IMG/VR virus record: IMGVR_UViG_3300019371_000265
Coordinates: 32,001 to 96,000 of that record
Reading direction: 5' to 3' (one strand)
DNA length: 64,000 nucleotides
DNA from: a virus
Taxonomy: Duplodnaviria; Caudoviricetes
The stretch's first letter is position 1. Each line of letters starts with the position of its first letter. Below are positions 10,299 through 19,595 of the stretch, piece after piece. The notes below the pieces were generated by a model. The model did not search any database, was not told where the DNA came from, and was given only the letters and a program-made list of their open reading frames with translations. The position numbers and the translations under genes were made by a program.

Positions 10299-11084
10299 CT
10301 ATGCAGCCATGTACTCTTTTCTTAATTTTTCTGTTATCCAAATCTGTCCTTTGCCCGTGACAAGTGTCTTAGTAAATACTTTCGTCCCGTATGCAGTATC
10401 TTTCGTTGTTTCTATAACGTCAAAATAGTTACTTTCTATGTATTTCTGATAAGGAGTGTTATTACTCATCAAAATCTTGTTATTACGCAACCATTCGAAT
10501 AATTTATTTCTCCCTATATTAATGTGTTCATTATGTAATACCTTCGCAAGTTCACCAATGTCAATCGTATCAGACGATTCTGTAACATGTGCCGCAAACT
10601 CAACCAATGGTTTCTGTTCTTCTAGCTGCCGGTTCTGTATAGCTATAATCTCATCTTTTTTCTTTAGCGTTTCTGAAGCAATGATAAACGCTCTTGCTAG
10701 AAACTCTTCATTAGATTCGTTTTCCTTTACGGGAATGTAACCTCCGGTCTTCCTGATCTGTGGAAGCACCTCATCAAAAAGCCATGTTTCAAACTTTTCA
10801 GCTGAAGGCAATTTACTGTGAGTAATCAATCGGTAAACATTTCCTTCATTAATAAATTTAGCATCCTGTTTTCTTCCCACAGAATCTATGACTGGGTAAA
10901 ACGCCCACCCATCTTTTTTACAGTGTGTTTTAATTGCTTTGGGTGAATCGGCATAACCAAGTGCTTTTGCAACATCAGTTCCACAAAATAAAATCTTTCC
11001 ATCGTCTTCAACTGTTCTTACCTTTCCAAATTCCTCATTCTCAAAAATCTTCAAATCCATACTTATAACAATCCTTCCTCTCAC
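10299..11084 (-). CDS. BRO-N + ANT/KilAC antirepressor
   Basis: FENEEFGKVR...DVAKALGY...SKLPSAEKFETWLFDEVLPQIRKTGGY; TLVTGKGQ. Confidence 0.92.
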   Translation of the reverse strand: MRGRIVISMDLKIFENEEFGKVRTVEDDGKILFCGTDVAKALGYADSPKAIKTHCKKDGWAFYPVIDSVGRKQDAKFINEGNVYRLITHSKLPSAEKFETWLFDEVLPQIRKTGGYIPVKENESNEEFLARAFIIASETLKKKDEIIAIQNRQLEEQKPLVEFAAHVTESSDTIDIGELAKVLHNEHINIGRNKLFEWLRNNKILMSNNTPYQKYIESNYFDVIETTKDTAYGTKVFTKTLVTGKGQIWITEKLRKEYMAA

Positions 11085-11137
11085 TTATATGTTTTTATTT
11101 TTAATTCACCGTCAAACCAGACTTCGACAGTGTCATT

Positions 11138-11359
11138 TCAACCAATCTTTTCAACTGTTACTTTGAATTGTTCTCCAAGTTCAACTTTTCTGCCTAAAAT
11201 TTCACATATCATTCCTTCTGCGTAATATGATGATTCTCCATCACTCAAGTAAAATATTTTTTCATAACAATCATAATCATAATCTGAAGATCTTTTCCAA
11301 CATAACTTGCCTTCAACTGTTTTCTTTTCCATTAATTTCACCTCCTGCAAAATCAGCAA
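11138..11359 (-). CDS. Hypothetical protein (likely start MEKK)
   Basis: ORF bounded by repeat sites. Confidence 0.6.
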   Translation of the reverse strand: MLILQEVKLMEKKTVEGKLCWKRSSDYDYDCYEKIFYLSDGESSYYAEGMICEILGRKVELGEQFKVTVEKIG

Positions 11360-11368
11360 TCGACTGTT

Positions 11369-11557
11369 TTATTTTCTGAAATCTTTGTTTTCTTCACAAA
11401 CAAACCTAACTGTTCCGCATATTGGACATATCTTAAATTTCTTGTGCACCGCAGAATTGTACCACTCTTTTTCTTCTCCCATATGTCCACACGCAGCGCA
11501 TTGAATTTTTTGTTTTGGTGGATTAAATACTGATATAATATCGTCGCCCATTTTCAT
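11369..11557 (-). CDS. Zn-ribbon small protein
   Basis: CAACG...CPICG. Confidence 0.65.
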   Translation of the reverse strand: MKMGDDIISVFNPPKQKIQCAACGHMGEEKEWYNSAVHKKFKICPICGTVRFVCEENKDFRK

Positions 11558-11595
11558 TCTCCTTTCACGGTAAAATCCGAGATTGACTTACAAAT

Positions 11596-11943
11596 TTAAC
11601 CCACAACTCTTTCTCCGCACTTGTTTAAACCATAATCCACATATGCCTGTTTTAACTTTGGGATCAGCTCCTTGCTTGATTTTGAAAAATGAGACTCATT
11701 GCACCATCTGATTCCTGAAATCTTATTGTCTTTGACGCTTATGATACAGGAGAAGATTCCAGCTTCGAAATCATCATCACTGAAATAATAAACATCTTTC
11801 GAAATGTTGATCATTGCATTTATCCTGCGTTCAATAATTTCTCGTTTAAACTTCATTCTCTTGCATCTCTTAGATGATTCTCTATATTGTTGCTCTGCTT
11901 CATCTGATAAGGTATAGTATTTCATTACGTTATTCCCCCTCAT
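11596..11943 (-). CDS. Hypothetical protein
   Basis: ORF track. Confidence 0.6.
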   Translation of the reverse strand: MRGNNVMKYYTLSDEAEQQYRESSKRCKRMKFKREIIERRINAMINISKDVYYFSDDDFEAGIFSCIISVKDNKISGIRWCNESHFSKSSKELIPKLKQAYVDYGLNKCGERVVG

Positions 11944-12181
11944 TACAAATTAATTTATTTACCAATGTTAAGACAATACAGAATAAAATAAATAGAGAAA
12001 ATCCCAATAAACTAAAAACTGAAACCCCAAAATTGTCACACACAAGATTAATAAATACGCCAGACAATATACACACCATGTCTCTGCTAAGCTCAATAAG
12101 CTCAATCTTCCTCTTGCGAAAAACTATTTTGTACAATACTGCCGCTGTTAAAAAACAAAATACTGCATTAATTCCATTCAT
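11930..12181 (-). CDS. Small membrane protein
   Basis: 2-3 hydrophobic segments. Confidence 0.55.
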   Translation of the reverse strand: MNGINAVFCFLTAAVLYKIVFRKRKIELIELSRDMVCILSGVFINLVCDNFGVSVFSLLGFSLFILFCIVLTLVNKLICNEGE

Positions 12182-12295
12182 ACCTATTACCTATCCCTTC
12201 TCCATCAAATACGAATTTTACATCATCTGTTAACGTGCTACATCTTTCGCATTATCTCTCCTTTTAGTTTGCAACATTTTATTTCAAATTATCAG

Positions 12296-12367
12296 CAGGG
12301 CTAGTTGGATTTGAACCAACGAATGCAGGAGTCAAAGTCCTGTGCCTTACCGCTTGGCGATAGCCCT
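12296..12367 (-). tRNA. tRNA-Gln (TTG)
   Basis: Cloverleaf: acceptor agggcta/tagccct, anticodon arm cagga-ctTTGac-tcctg, T-arm gttgg-ttcaaat-ccaac. Confidence 0.95.
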
Positions 12368-12400
12368 ATATTTACTTATCTTTTTATTGGGAATTCTACA

Positions 12401-12429
12401 TTGACTAATGCTACGAAATTTGCTATAAT
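12401..12429 (+). promoter_or_regulatory. Strong SigA promoter, antisense to the early operon
   Basis: TTGACT-17-TATAAT with TGn extended -10. Confidence 0.8.
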
Positions 12430-12435
12430 TTAATG

Positions 12436-12575
12436 GCAGTATTCCTTACTGCGGTCTTAAGCATTTCTAAATGCGGAGCCTCCTTTAATGGGTGACACCT
12501 ATGTTTATTCTTTATTGCTTAAGTCTTGTTTAAATCCCCAGGAGTGCGCCAACACGTTTGTACTGGGGATTATTT
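12436..12575 (+). ncRNA. Putative ~135-nt regulatory sRNA
   Basis: Own promoter; stems gcagta/tactgc, cttaagca/tgcttaag, atccccag/ctggggat + T-rich tail; no ORF. Confidence 0.6.
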
Positions 12576-12872
12576 TATAATCTCTAATTCTATGTATTTG
12601 TCTGGATATGTAATTGCATAATGAATAGTATTAATATCTTCTGTAAATAACACCTCCAATATTCCACTTTTAGGTATGTCGTCTAACGTTTCTACATATC
12701 TCCTGATCCTCCTTCCTTGTTTGAACAAACATTTAAATGAAATATCTGTTATAATATAATCTCCAATTTCACGAACCATCTCGTCATAGTTACACTCCCT
12801 CATCGCCGCCTCCGTTTTCGAACGTTTGTTCTTTATTAATCTTATTATAGCGCCATTTTTATCCAGTGTCAA
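12570..12872 (-). CDS. Hypothetical protein
   Basis: ORF track; start uncertain. Confidence 0.5.
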   Translation of the reverse strand: MTLDKNGAIIRLIKNKRSKTEAAMRECNYDEMVREIGDYIITDISFKCLFKQGRRIRRYVETLDDIPKSGILEVLFTEDINTIHYAITYPDKYIELEIIK

Positions 12873-12932
12873 TGTATTTTTTCGAACACTGTAAATTTTA
12901 TTTCAAACTATTAAGATGGCAACAGGAGTTGC

Positions 12933-13979
12933 CTATTTATAATAGATGCTGCTCATGATATATGGTCTATAAATTTTTCTAACATCAGTGCCTTTCAATT
13001 TATCTCCAAATTTTTCAGATATTTCTTGTAAAATCTTACACCATTCATCATTTTTATAATCATCGTATTCTACAAATATTTTGCAGAAATTAGTATCACT
13101 ATAATTGTACAATTGTCTTCGCGCAAAGTTTACGAATCCGGATTTATGAAGTAAATCTATGTTTATGTCATCATATTTAGATCCGTATGTTCCATTAATC
13201 GAAAGTAAATGTGGAATTATATCCCGAACATCTTTTGAAATAATTTTTTGTAGAACCACCTTCTTATCTTCATTGAAAGTTTCTATATACTTTTGTAAGT
13301 CCATAGTTTCATTGATTTTGCTTTTAATTAATAATCCATGAACTGACATTAATCTTAATTGATCCAAGAGAACCTTATCTTTTGATACCCTTACTTTAAT
13401 ATATACATTGTCATTAATATATCCATTTATATATGAAAAAAGTAGTTCAGATCCATGAAAGACCCTATTTTTAAATCGAATTGTATTCTCGTCAAAATTC
13501 ACATCGGTTAATTTTATATTCGCAAATTCTTTTGCGTTCCGTATACCCTCAAAAAATCCATACACCAGCATACCATAATAATTTTTATTGTATTCAATGT
13601 CTTTAATAATGTTACGTATGTCTTCCTTGTACAGTATCTTAATATCCTTCTTCTCAATTAGCGTGTTAATCAACATCTTTTGCGATAAGGCATCAAATTC
13701 AGCGAATGGATTTATAAAAGTGTATCCATTATTCACACACCATTCAAAAAATTGGTTCAGGTAACTGATGTTTTCCATGAGATATTGCATGCTCTTAGTT
13801 TTACCACACATATCTTCGATGATTAAATCAACATATTCTTTCACCTTTAAATTAAACAAATCCTTCTCATAAATATATGGCTTCATTAAAAAGGCCTTCT
13901 GTTTATCAGTATATTTCTTGTAATTACAAAAATCTTCTATCATTTTCTTATAGTCTTCTACCGTATATTTAGTACTCAT
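12933..13979 (-). CDS. MrpR/YopR-like lytic repressor (tyrosine-recombinase fold, catalytic motifs degenerate)
   Basis: FFEGIRxxxEFxNIKLTDVNFDENTI; LHKSG in place of HxxR; own promoter with operator box. Confidence 0.65.
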   Translation of the reverse strand: MSTKYTVEDYKKMIEDFCNYKKYTDKQKAFLMKPYIYEKDLFNLKVKEYVDLIIEDMCGKTKSMQYLMENISYLNQFFEWCVNNGYTFINPFAEFDALSQKMLINTLIEKKDIKILYKEDIRNIIKDIEYNKNYYGMLVYGFFEGIRNAKEFANIKLTDVNFDENTIRFKNRVFHGSELLFSYINGYINDNVYIKVRVSKDKVLLDQLRLMSVHGLLIKSKINETMDLQKYIETFNEDKKVVLQKIISKDVRDIIPHLLSINGTYGSKYDDINIDLLHKSGFVNFARRQLYNYSDTNFCKIFVEYDDYKNDEWCKILQEISEKFGDKLKGTDVRKIYRPYIMSSIYYK

Positions 13980-14008
13980 ATTTAACCTCCTATTGTCTTA
14001 TGTACTAT

Positions 14009-14051
14009 ATCATATCACAATAATAGGAAAAGGTCAATTTTATTTCAATCT
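14009..14051 (-). promoter_or_regulatory. Promoter of MrpR-like gene with operator abutting -35
   Basis: TTGACC-17-TATGAT; box 14037-14051. Confidence 0.7.
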
Positions 14052-14475
14052 ACATTGCATAAGAAAATGCAAATGAAAACTGTAGTTTAATCGCGTCGCA
14101 TATACGATTTATAACATTTCCATCTTTAATTTCTCCAATCTTACGATATAGACATTCCTTGGGTATAGAATCTGGGCTTTCAATGAGTAAAATACTATCG
14201 CTTTTCAATCCATTACAATCATCTGATGGCATATACACATGAACTGGCGACATCTTGTTTATTTTGGATGAAATCGGATAAATATTTACTTGTGAAGAAA
14301 ATTTATTAAACGTATCGTTAGACATTACCAAAACCGGTCTTCTTCCATACTGCTTGCTGCTCTTGATCCTGTCTTCTGTTTTAGGAATATAGGCATCCCA
14401 AATTTCCCCTCCTAATGGAGTAGGTATCCTCCTATAATTGTCGTCAATTCTATTTTCATTGTGCATATTTCTCAC
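14050..14475 (-). CDS. PemK/MazF-family endoribonuclease toxin (no adjacent MazE)
   Basis: GEIW...QYGRRPVLVMSNDTFNK...PISSK...GLKSDS. Confidence 0.85.
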   Translation of the reverse strand: MRNMHNENRIDDNYRRIPTPLGGEIWDAYIPKTEDRIKSSKQYGRRPVLVMSNDTFNKFSSQVNIYPISSKINKMSPVHVYMPSDDCNGLKSDSILLIESPDSIPKECLYRKIGEIKDGNVINRICDAIKLQFSFAFSYAM

Positions 14476-14549
14476 CTTATGACCTACTTATATCGGTCAC
14501 TACTCCTCTCACTATTTTTTGTTAGGGATTGTTGGTATAAATAATATCC

Positions 14550-14575
14550 AAGTCCTGTTTGCTCCGCCAAGAGCA
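14550..14575 (-). promoter_or_regulatory. UUGGCG hairpin + AAACAGGACUU motif in mazF leader
   Basis: tgctc-ttggcg-gagca-aacaggactt. Confidence 0.7.
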
Positions 14576-14598
14576 TTAGTAATTACTAACTTAATGAG

Positions 14599-14644
14599 AG
14601 TATAGCACATAAAAATATTAATGTCAACAATTTTATTTCAATCT
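14599..14644 (-). promoter_or_regulatory. mazF promoter with operator box
   Basis: TTGACA-17-TATACT, extended -10; box 14630-14644. Confidence 0.8.
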
Positions 14645-14645
14645 A

Positions 14646-15581
14646 TTACTTTATTTTTTCTTCGATGGATTTCATGATGTCATTGATAAAATCAATATGG
14701 GATTCTGCATCACAATCGGCGTTTTTAAGTCCAAATTTATATGCGTCTGCGAGTGCATTGCGTAAGTCATTCATGTCAAGTGATACTACATTGCTGTTTG
14801 AACTATTTACGATTTCATTATCTCCCTCTGCATATTCTACGAAGAATTTTCCCATATCTTCCAAGTATTCGTTCACTCTTTCACGAGTAATTCCAACATA
14901 CGCCATTGTTTGTTCGAGAGTACCATGCCCGAACATTGCGCTTACAATCATAAGTGCTCTTGGATCATTTGGGTGTAAATCAATTAAAGTTTTGCCAAGA
15001 AATTTTCGTGTACTATGCGTGTTTACGTTATAGGTTACTCCAACGCTTTTTGCAGCTTTCTTCATGTTCTGTCCACATTGTTTGAGAGTAAATAAGTCAC
15101 CTGGATGAGTATTGCCTCTATTTAGAAAAACATATTGATCATATTCTTCCATTGGCTTGATATCAAACGCCGAGCAATATAACCTTATTGCATTTCTCAC
15201 AGCTTCATTGATGTATGGACTTGCAAATTTATCCGTCTTTTCTTCTTTTATTGTAAGAATTTCCTTTCTAAAGTGACCATTTGGAAGGAAAAATCTTCTC
15301 CAAGTAAAAAGTCTAGTATCTCCGGCTCTTCGTCCCATATTGCAACCAATTACAAACCATAGATAATTTTGCCACATTTTGTGTTCTTTAAAAAATTTAA
15401 GTATATTTCTTGCATCTTCAATAGTAAATGCATAAACTTCAGCTTGTTTGCCTGGCTGCTTATTTAGTACTTTTCCATTTTTAGCATATAACATTTGATT
15501 ATCCACTACAATATAATCATATCCCATTTCTTCATCAAATTTCACATCGTACTCTTTTTTCTTATATGTTATCTTGCTCAT
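14646..15581 (-). CDS. Tyrosine recombinase/integrase (catalytic set intact)
   Basis: GRRAGD (R), KEEKT (K), HSTRK (HxxR), FGH...TMAY (H, Y); start MSKIT after AAGGAG. Confidence 0.88.
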   Translation of the reverse strand: MSKITYKKKEYDVKFDEEMGYDYIVVDNQMLYAKNGKVLNKQPGKQAEVYAFTIEDARNILKFFKEHKMWQNYLWFVIGCNMGRRAGDTRLFTWRRFFLPNGHFRKEILTIKEEKTDKFASPYINEAVRNAIRLYCSAFDIKPMEEYDQYVFLNRGNTHPGDLFTLKQCGQNMKKAAKSVGVTYNVNTHSTRKFLGKTLIDLHPNDPRALMIVSAMFGHGTLEQTMAYVGITRERVNEYLEDMGKFFVEYAEGDNEIVNSSNSNVVSLDMNDLRNALADAYKFGLKNADCDAESHIDFINDIMKSIEEKIK

Positions 15582-15621
15582 GACTGCTCCTTTCTGCGTC
15601 AAATGTCACATTGACTGACTG

Positions 15622-16158
15622 TTAATTATTGTCTAATTCTGATACCATTTTTCTAACTCGTTCTATCTCGCTGCTCGCATGAGGTGTCCCACCTGCATTC
15701 ATATCTATATACCACTGTAGAACTTCTTTTTCGGTTTTAAGATCATTTATGTTTATTTTCATGGTATATCTCAATTTCGGTCTATCTTCAAATTCTGAAA
15801 AATACGTATTAAATATTCGGATTTCATTATTCACAAAACGTTGAAAGGCTGTTATGCGCTGTAGTCCATCAACGCATACATAGTCATTGTATTCATAATT
15901 TTCAACTCTTAAATGCCAATCTGGCTTATTAAAATAGATAATTGTCCCAGATTTACCTCCTTTGAAGAAGTATTCTAAGTATGAGATTTGTTGTTGTTCT
16001 GTCCACACATGCCCTCTCTGGAAATCAGGGTTAAGCTGTAAACCAGATTCCTCTATCTGCTCATTTATCCATTTAACTAAATACTCAATGTCAAAATCGC
16101 ATTGCCAGTTTCCATCTCTGGTGAATTGTGGAATATCTTTAAATCTATTTATTTTCAT
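15622..16158 (-). CDS. DUF262 (ParB-like) domain protein
   Basis: LNPDFQRGHVW...VDGLQR...MNAGG. Confidence 0.85.
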   Translation of the reverse strand: MKINRFKDIPQFTRDGNWQCDFDIEYLVKWINEQIEESGLQLNPDFQRGHVWTEQQQISYLEYFFKGGKSGTIIYFNKPDWHLRVENYEYNDYVCVDGLQRITAFQRFVNNEIRIFNTYFSEFEDRPKLRYTMKININDLKTEKEVLQWYIDMNAGGTPHASSEIERVRKMVSELDNN

Positions 16159-16189
16159 TTAAAACTCCTTTCTCCGTCAAAGTTATCTT

Positions 16190-16432
16190 CTATGCGATTG
16201 CATAACATTCTTTGCATCTTGCTAATATTTCATTATTATCCATGCTTCTATAATCATCGTTAAAAACACAGATATAATATGGGGTTTTACCTATCGCATT
16301 TGCTATATTTAAAAGTCTTTTATAAACCTTTGTATCTTTTAATTCATCGATATCTATGTTGCCATAAACAAGACCACAAAGACAATGTGTAAAGGTGTTA
16401 GTGTCCGGGTAATATAATACTAAACTAATCAC
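16190..16432 (-). CDS. Hypothetical protein
   Basis: GGAGG RBS; stop inside repeat site. Confidence 0.6.
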   Translation of the reverse strand: MISLVLYYPDTNTFTHCLCGLVYGNIDIDELKDTKVYKRLLNIANAIGKTPYYICVFNDDYRSMDNNEILARCKECYAIA

Positions 16433-16453
16433 AAATTCACCTCCTCATCAATC

Positions 16454-16663
16454 TTATATTTTATGTGCTTCAATATAATTCCAATCTACCTGCGTTCTCT
16501 GCGACAAATTCTCAAACGCCACAACATCTCGGAACAAATTTGCCTTCATATAACTGGCTATTTCGATGGCTCGTTGTTTATTTTCCACCACAACAACCTG
16601 CGGACATGTCTTTTTTCTATACACCTTCCCATCTATTGAAAATGCCACTCCATATTTCTCCAT
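16454..16663 (-). CDS. Hypothetical protein
   Basis: AGGAGG RBS. Confidence 0.65.
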   Translation of the reverse strand: MEKYGVAFSIDGKVYRKKTCPQVVVVENKQRAIEIASYMKANLFRDVVAFENLSQRTQVDWNYIEAHKI

Positions 16664-16681
16664 AAATATTCCTCCTATATT

Positions 16682-16939
16682 TTACAGTGTAAATATACAA
16701 TATATCTTGTTCTCTAACCTCAATCCATCTGGAGCCCGTTGTGGTACTACATATAATTCATGGTCATATCCTTGTTTCATAAACTCATAAATAATCTTTA
16801 CTGATTCAGTACAAGTTGTGTCGGTGTACAATACATTCAAGTTATGATTAACCGCATATTCTAAACAATCACCATAAAACGAATGGTCTAGTAATAATGT
16901 ATTATTGTTTCCTTCTTCAAATTTCGGATAATATGTCAT
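16682..16939 (-). CDS. Hypothetical protein
   Basis: AGGAGG RBS. Confidence 0.65.
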   Translation of the reverse strand: MTYYPKFEEGNNNTLLLDHSFYGDCLEYAVNHNLNVLYTDTTCTESVKIIYEFMKQGYDHELYVVPQRAPDGLRLENKIYCIFTL

Positions 16940-16952
16940 ATATCCTCCTCAC

Positions 16953-17141
16953 TTATTCAAATATTTTTCTGCTGTCAAATATTTCAATGGCTTCATTGAT
17001 AATAAATCCACACGGATATAATTCCTTTCCTTCTATAATAAAATTATGTAGTTCTTCTTCTGATTCAAACCATTTATAAGTCTCAATTCTTCCAAACCCA
17101 TTCGGATCTGGAACTGAAAATGTTAGTAGAAAGTTGTTCAA
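16953..17141 (-). CDS. Hypothetical protein
   Basis: AGGAGG RBS. Confidence 0.55.
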   Translation of the reverse strand: MNNFLLTFSVPDPNGFGRIETYKWFESEEELHNFIIEGKELYPCGFIINEAIEIFDSRKIFE

Positions 17142-17169
17142 AATTAATTCCTCCTTATATTCTATGTGC

Positions 17170-17382
17170 CTATATAGGCATTATATCTATCACTTTGTTA
17201 CAATAAATTTTAACAGATTCATCACCACAATCAAGTCTAAAATATTCTCCATCAGGTTCTACACTTGTCAATGTTCCTTGTATTATTTCATCATTTGTTT
17301 TTACTTTCAAACTGTCTCCTTCAGAAAAGCGACATACTGAGCCGCCAAGTTTAAATTTATATTCTTTTATGATTTCCAGCAT
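17170..17382 (-). CDS. Hypothetical protein (possible Sm/SH3-like fold)
   Basis: ORF with RBS. Confidence 0.6.
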   Translation of the reverse strand: MLEIIKEYKFKLGGSVCRFSEGDSLKVKTNDEIIQGTLTSVEPDGEYFRLDCGDESVKIYCNKVIDIMPI

Positions 17383-17403
17383 AATATCTCTCCTATTATT
17401 ATT

Positions 17404-17607
17404 TTATTCCTCTTCCTCTTTATTTAATTGATCTGACCAATTACTGTTTAGGATTCTATTAATTTTTACCCTTTCTGGAGTGAGTATATCAATTAATAAT
17501 TTAACAATGTTGCGCAGTTCATTTCTATTAAGGTTATTAGTGATGTCGTCTATTTCCTGTGGAGTTTGTGCTTTCAATATAGTCTTTTCAATTTCAAATA
17601 TATTCAT
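17404..17607 (-). CDS. Hypothetical protein
   Basis: GGAGG RBS after repeat site. Confidence 0.6.
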   Translation of the reverse strand: MNIFEIEKTILKAQTPQEIDDITNNLNRNELRNIVKLLIDILTPERVKINRILNSNWSDQLNKEEEE

Positions 17608-17840
17608 ATAAACCTCCCTGCCAAATAATCCTTTTACTTACGCCTACATATTTTAATCTGATCTCTGGTGAAAATCGGAATACTATTCGTTCCGTTTGCA
17701 ATAGCAACATAATAATACGTGCCATCAAAATTATTTATTATTCCCCACTCATTATAGTAGATACTGTCTTTATCTTTAATGAAGCATTTTAAACCAATAC
17801 ACTTATTAATTTAGAACACCTCCGTTTCATCATCAAAGAA

Positions 17841-18083
17841 TCATTTTATGCACCTATTTGTGTATTCATTTTCTCCTAATTCTTCATCTTCCAATGTCAT
17901 ATACAATCCCTCAACTATTCTGTCCATTATTGTGGTTAATCTTGTTTCGTCATGAGTACTATATTCGTCCGGGTGATATAAACTATATCCAATTCCAAAT
18001 AAAGGGTTTTCTCCTTTGAATTCTTCGGTTAAACATTTTATAATATTTTTCTTTGCTATTTTAACATCTTGTTTTGTAAGCAT
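17841..18083 (-). CDS. Hypothetical protein
   Basis: GGAGG RBS. Confidence 0.6.
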   Translation of the reverse strand: MLTKQDVKIAKKNIIKCLTEEFKGENPLFGIGYSLYHPDEYSTHDETRLTTIMDRIVEGLYMTLEDEELGENEYTNRCIK

Positions 18084-18117
18084 TTATTAATCCTCCATTT
18101 TTCAACATATATAACTT

Positions 18118-18900
18118 TTATTTTAAATACCTCAAAAACGTTCTGGTTTTCTTTTTAACCAATGCGTCACAAATTTTTTTCACATTTTCATATTGATATT
18201 CATATGGTCTGTCGTCATATACATTTAATACTCTAACTCTCGAATCGTCTGCTTTAAAACATAACTTTAAAGAGTAGAATAAAATTCCATCACAAAGAAT
18301 GCAGAAAATTTTGATAGGTTTTGAATTACTGCCTCCTAAAAGACTGCTAAGCATTTCGACCTCAGCATATTTTATTCCCCTTATCTTTTTGGCTTCAGGC
18401 ATAAGTATCTTTTTTAAATACATATCGTACAGTAAATCAAGATTGTAGTTACTTATTAGATTTTTTATTATTTCTTTCCCATAGAATTTCGTATAGTTAT
18501 TTGCAGCCGAAGTATGATGCCTTTCTGAAAATTTTACACAATTCTTATCTATCAGCCATTTAAAAAATTCTAATGAATAATTAAAGCCATAATCTTTTAA
18601 TTCCTGTATGGATATATTTGATTTTGGTTTCAATCCTCTTTGATGTGCGTCTTTTGCGTTAACACTCATCGATCTCCCAATATATCCTTTACCTTTTTTA
18701 ATTTGAGAACCGTAATTCTTGATATTTTTTACTTCACTTTCTAAAATTTCAATTGCTTCGAGATAAGAAATAATATGTTCTTCTTTGTGAAGCGATAACT
18801 TACACTTGTCGTTGTCCAACCATGTAACCCAAGTTTTCTCTTTTGATTTCCAGTTGTACTCTTTTACTAATTCAAGAATTCTATACTTCATAGTGTACAT
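18118..18900 (-). CDS. Basic hypothetical protein
   Basis: 260-aa ORF; SMSxNA...HHTS motif. Confidence 0.7.
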   Translation of the reverse strand: MYTMKYRILELVKEYNWKSKEKTWVTWLDNDKCKLSLHKEEHIISYLEAIEILESEVKNIKNYGSQIKKGKGYIGRSMSVNAKDAHQRGLKPKSNISIQELKDYGFNYSLEFFKWLIDKNCVKFSERHHTSAANNYTKFYGKEIIKNLISNYNLDLLYDMYLKKILMPEAKKIRGIKYAEVEMLSSLLGGSNSKPIKIFCILCDGILFYSLKLCFKADDSRVRVLNVYDDRPYEYQYENVKKICDALVKKKTRTFLRYLK

Positions 18901-18971
18901 ATTCTAAAACTCCTTAAATACTGTAATATTTTAAACAATCATATCTTCTAGTTCTATATAAAATATAGTTT

Positions 18972-19193
18972 TTATCGTATCAATACTATGTGCCTATTTA
19001 CGTAGTCCCAGGTATAGTTTTCTAATTCGTCCTTAATTTCAAATGGAGTTAACTGTCCGCACCCATCTTTTATTAGAATGTCTAAAACTGCTTTACAATC
19101 ATTCAATGTTTCTCCCGCATCTTCGATATATGGTTCGATATCTGAAAATGTACTTCCATTTTACCCACAATATGCTACTGCGTATTTTGCCAT
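18972..19193 (-). pseudogene. Small gene with internal TAA at codon 11; resembles 16454-16663
   Basis: MAKYAVAYCG*NGSTFSD...WDYVNRHIVLIR; RBS present; final stop inside repeat site 18958-18975. Confidence 0.55.
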
Positions 19194-19445
19194 AGTATTC
19201 CTCTCTTTCTGCCTTACAAGGCTATCAAATCTAACATTTACGGTGTATAACAGTTTAGTTGGTGTTGAGAAAAAATGTTTTTTCGCACTTTTCACACCTC
19301 ATTTTATTACCATATCCAGAATCCTTTTGCTCACAACTACAATAAGGGCATCTGATGTTAGCTTCATAATCTCCGTCAATACTGCATTGTCCTGTTCCTA
19401 GATAAATAGCTTTTTTCAATGTTATCCCCTCCTAAAAATCCTAAT

Positions 19446-19595
19446 TTATTTAATCCACATATCTGGATTGTTCTTGTGCAGCTCATTGTGAAACTTGACG
19501 AAATCACGATTTCTCTTTGATGATTTCCGGTTCCTCTGGTCTTCGTCCCAGATTATATAAATGATAGAACAAATAATTACTAAAAATCCTGGCAT
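19446..19595 (-). CDS. 49-aa protein with hydrophobic N-terminus and charged tail (not in track)
   Basis: MPGFLVIICSIIYIIWDEDQRNRK...; TGnTATAAT at ~19626-19634. Confidence 0.5.
   Translation of the reverse strand: MPGFLVIICSIIYIIWDEDQRNRKSSKRNRDFVKFHNELHKNNPDMWIK

Noticed and set aside
12933-13979. Active integrase
   Set aside because: Lacks HxxR and a recognisable H/W-Y catalytic segment; fits a repressor-type fold better
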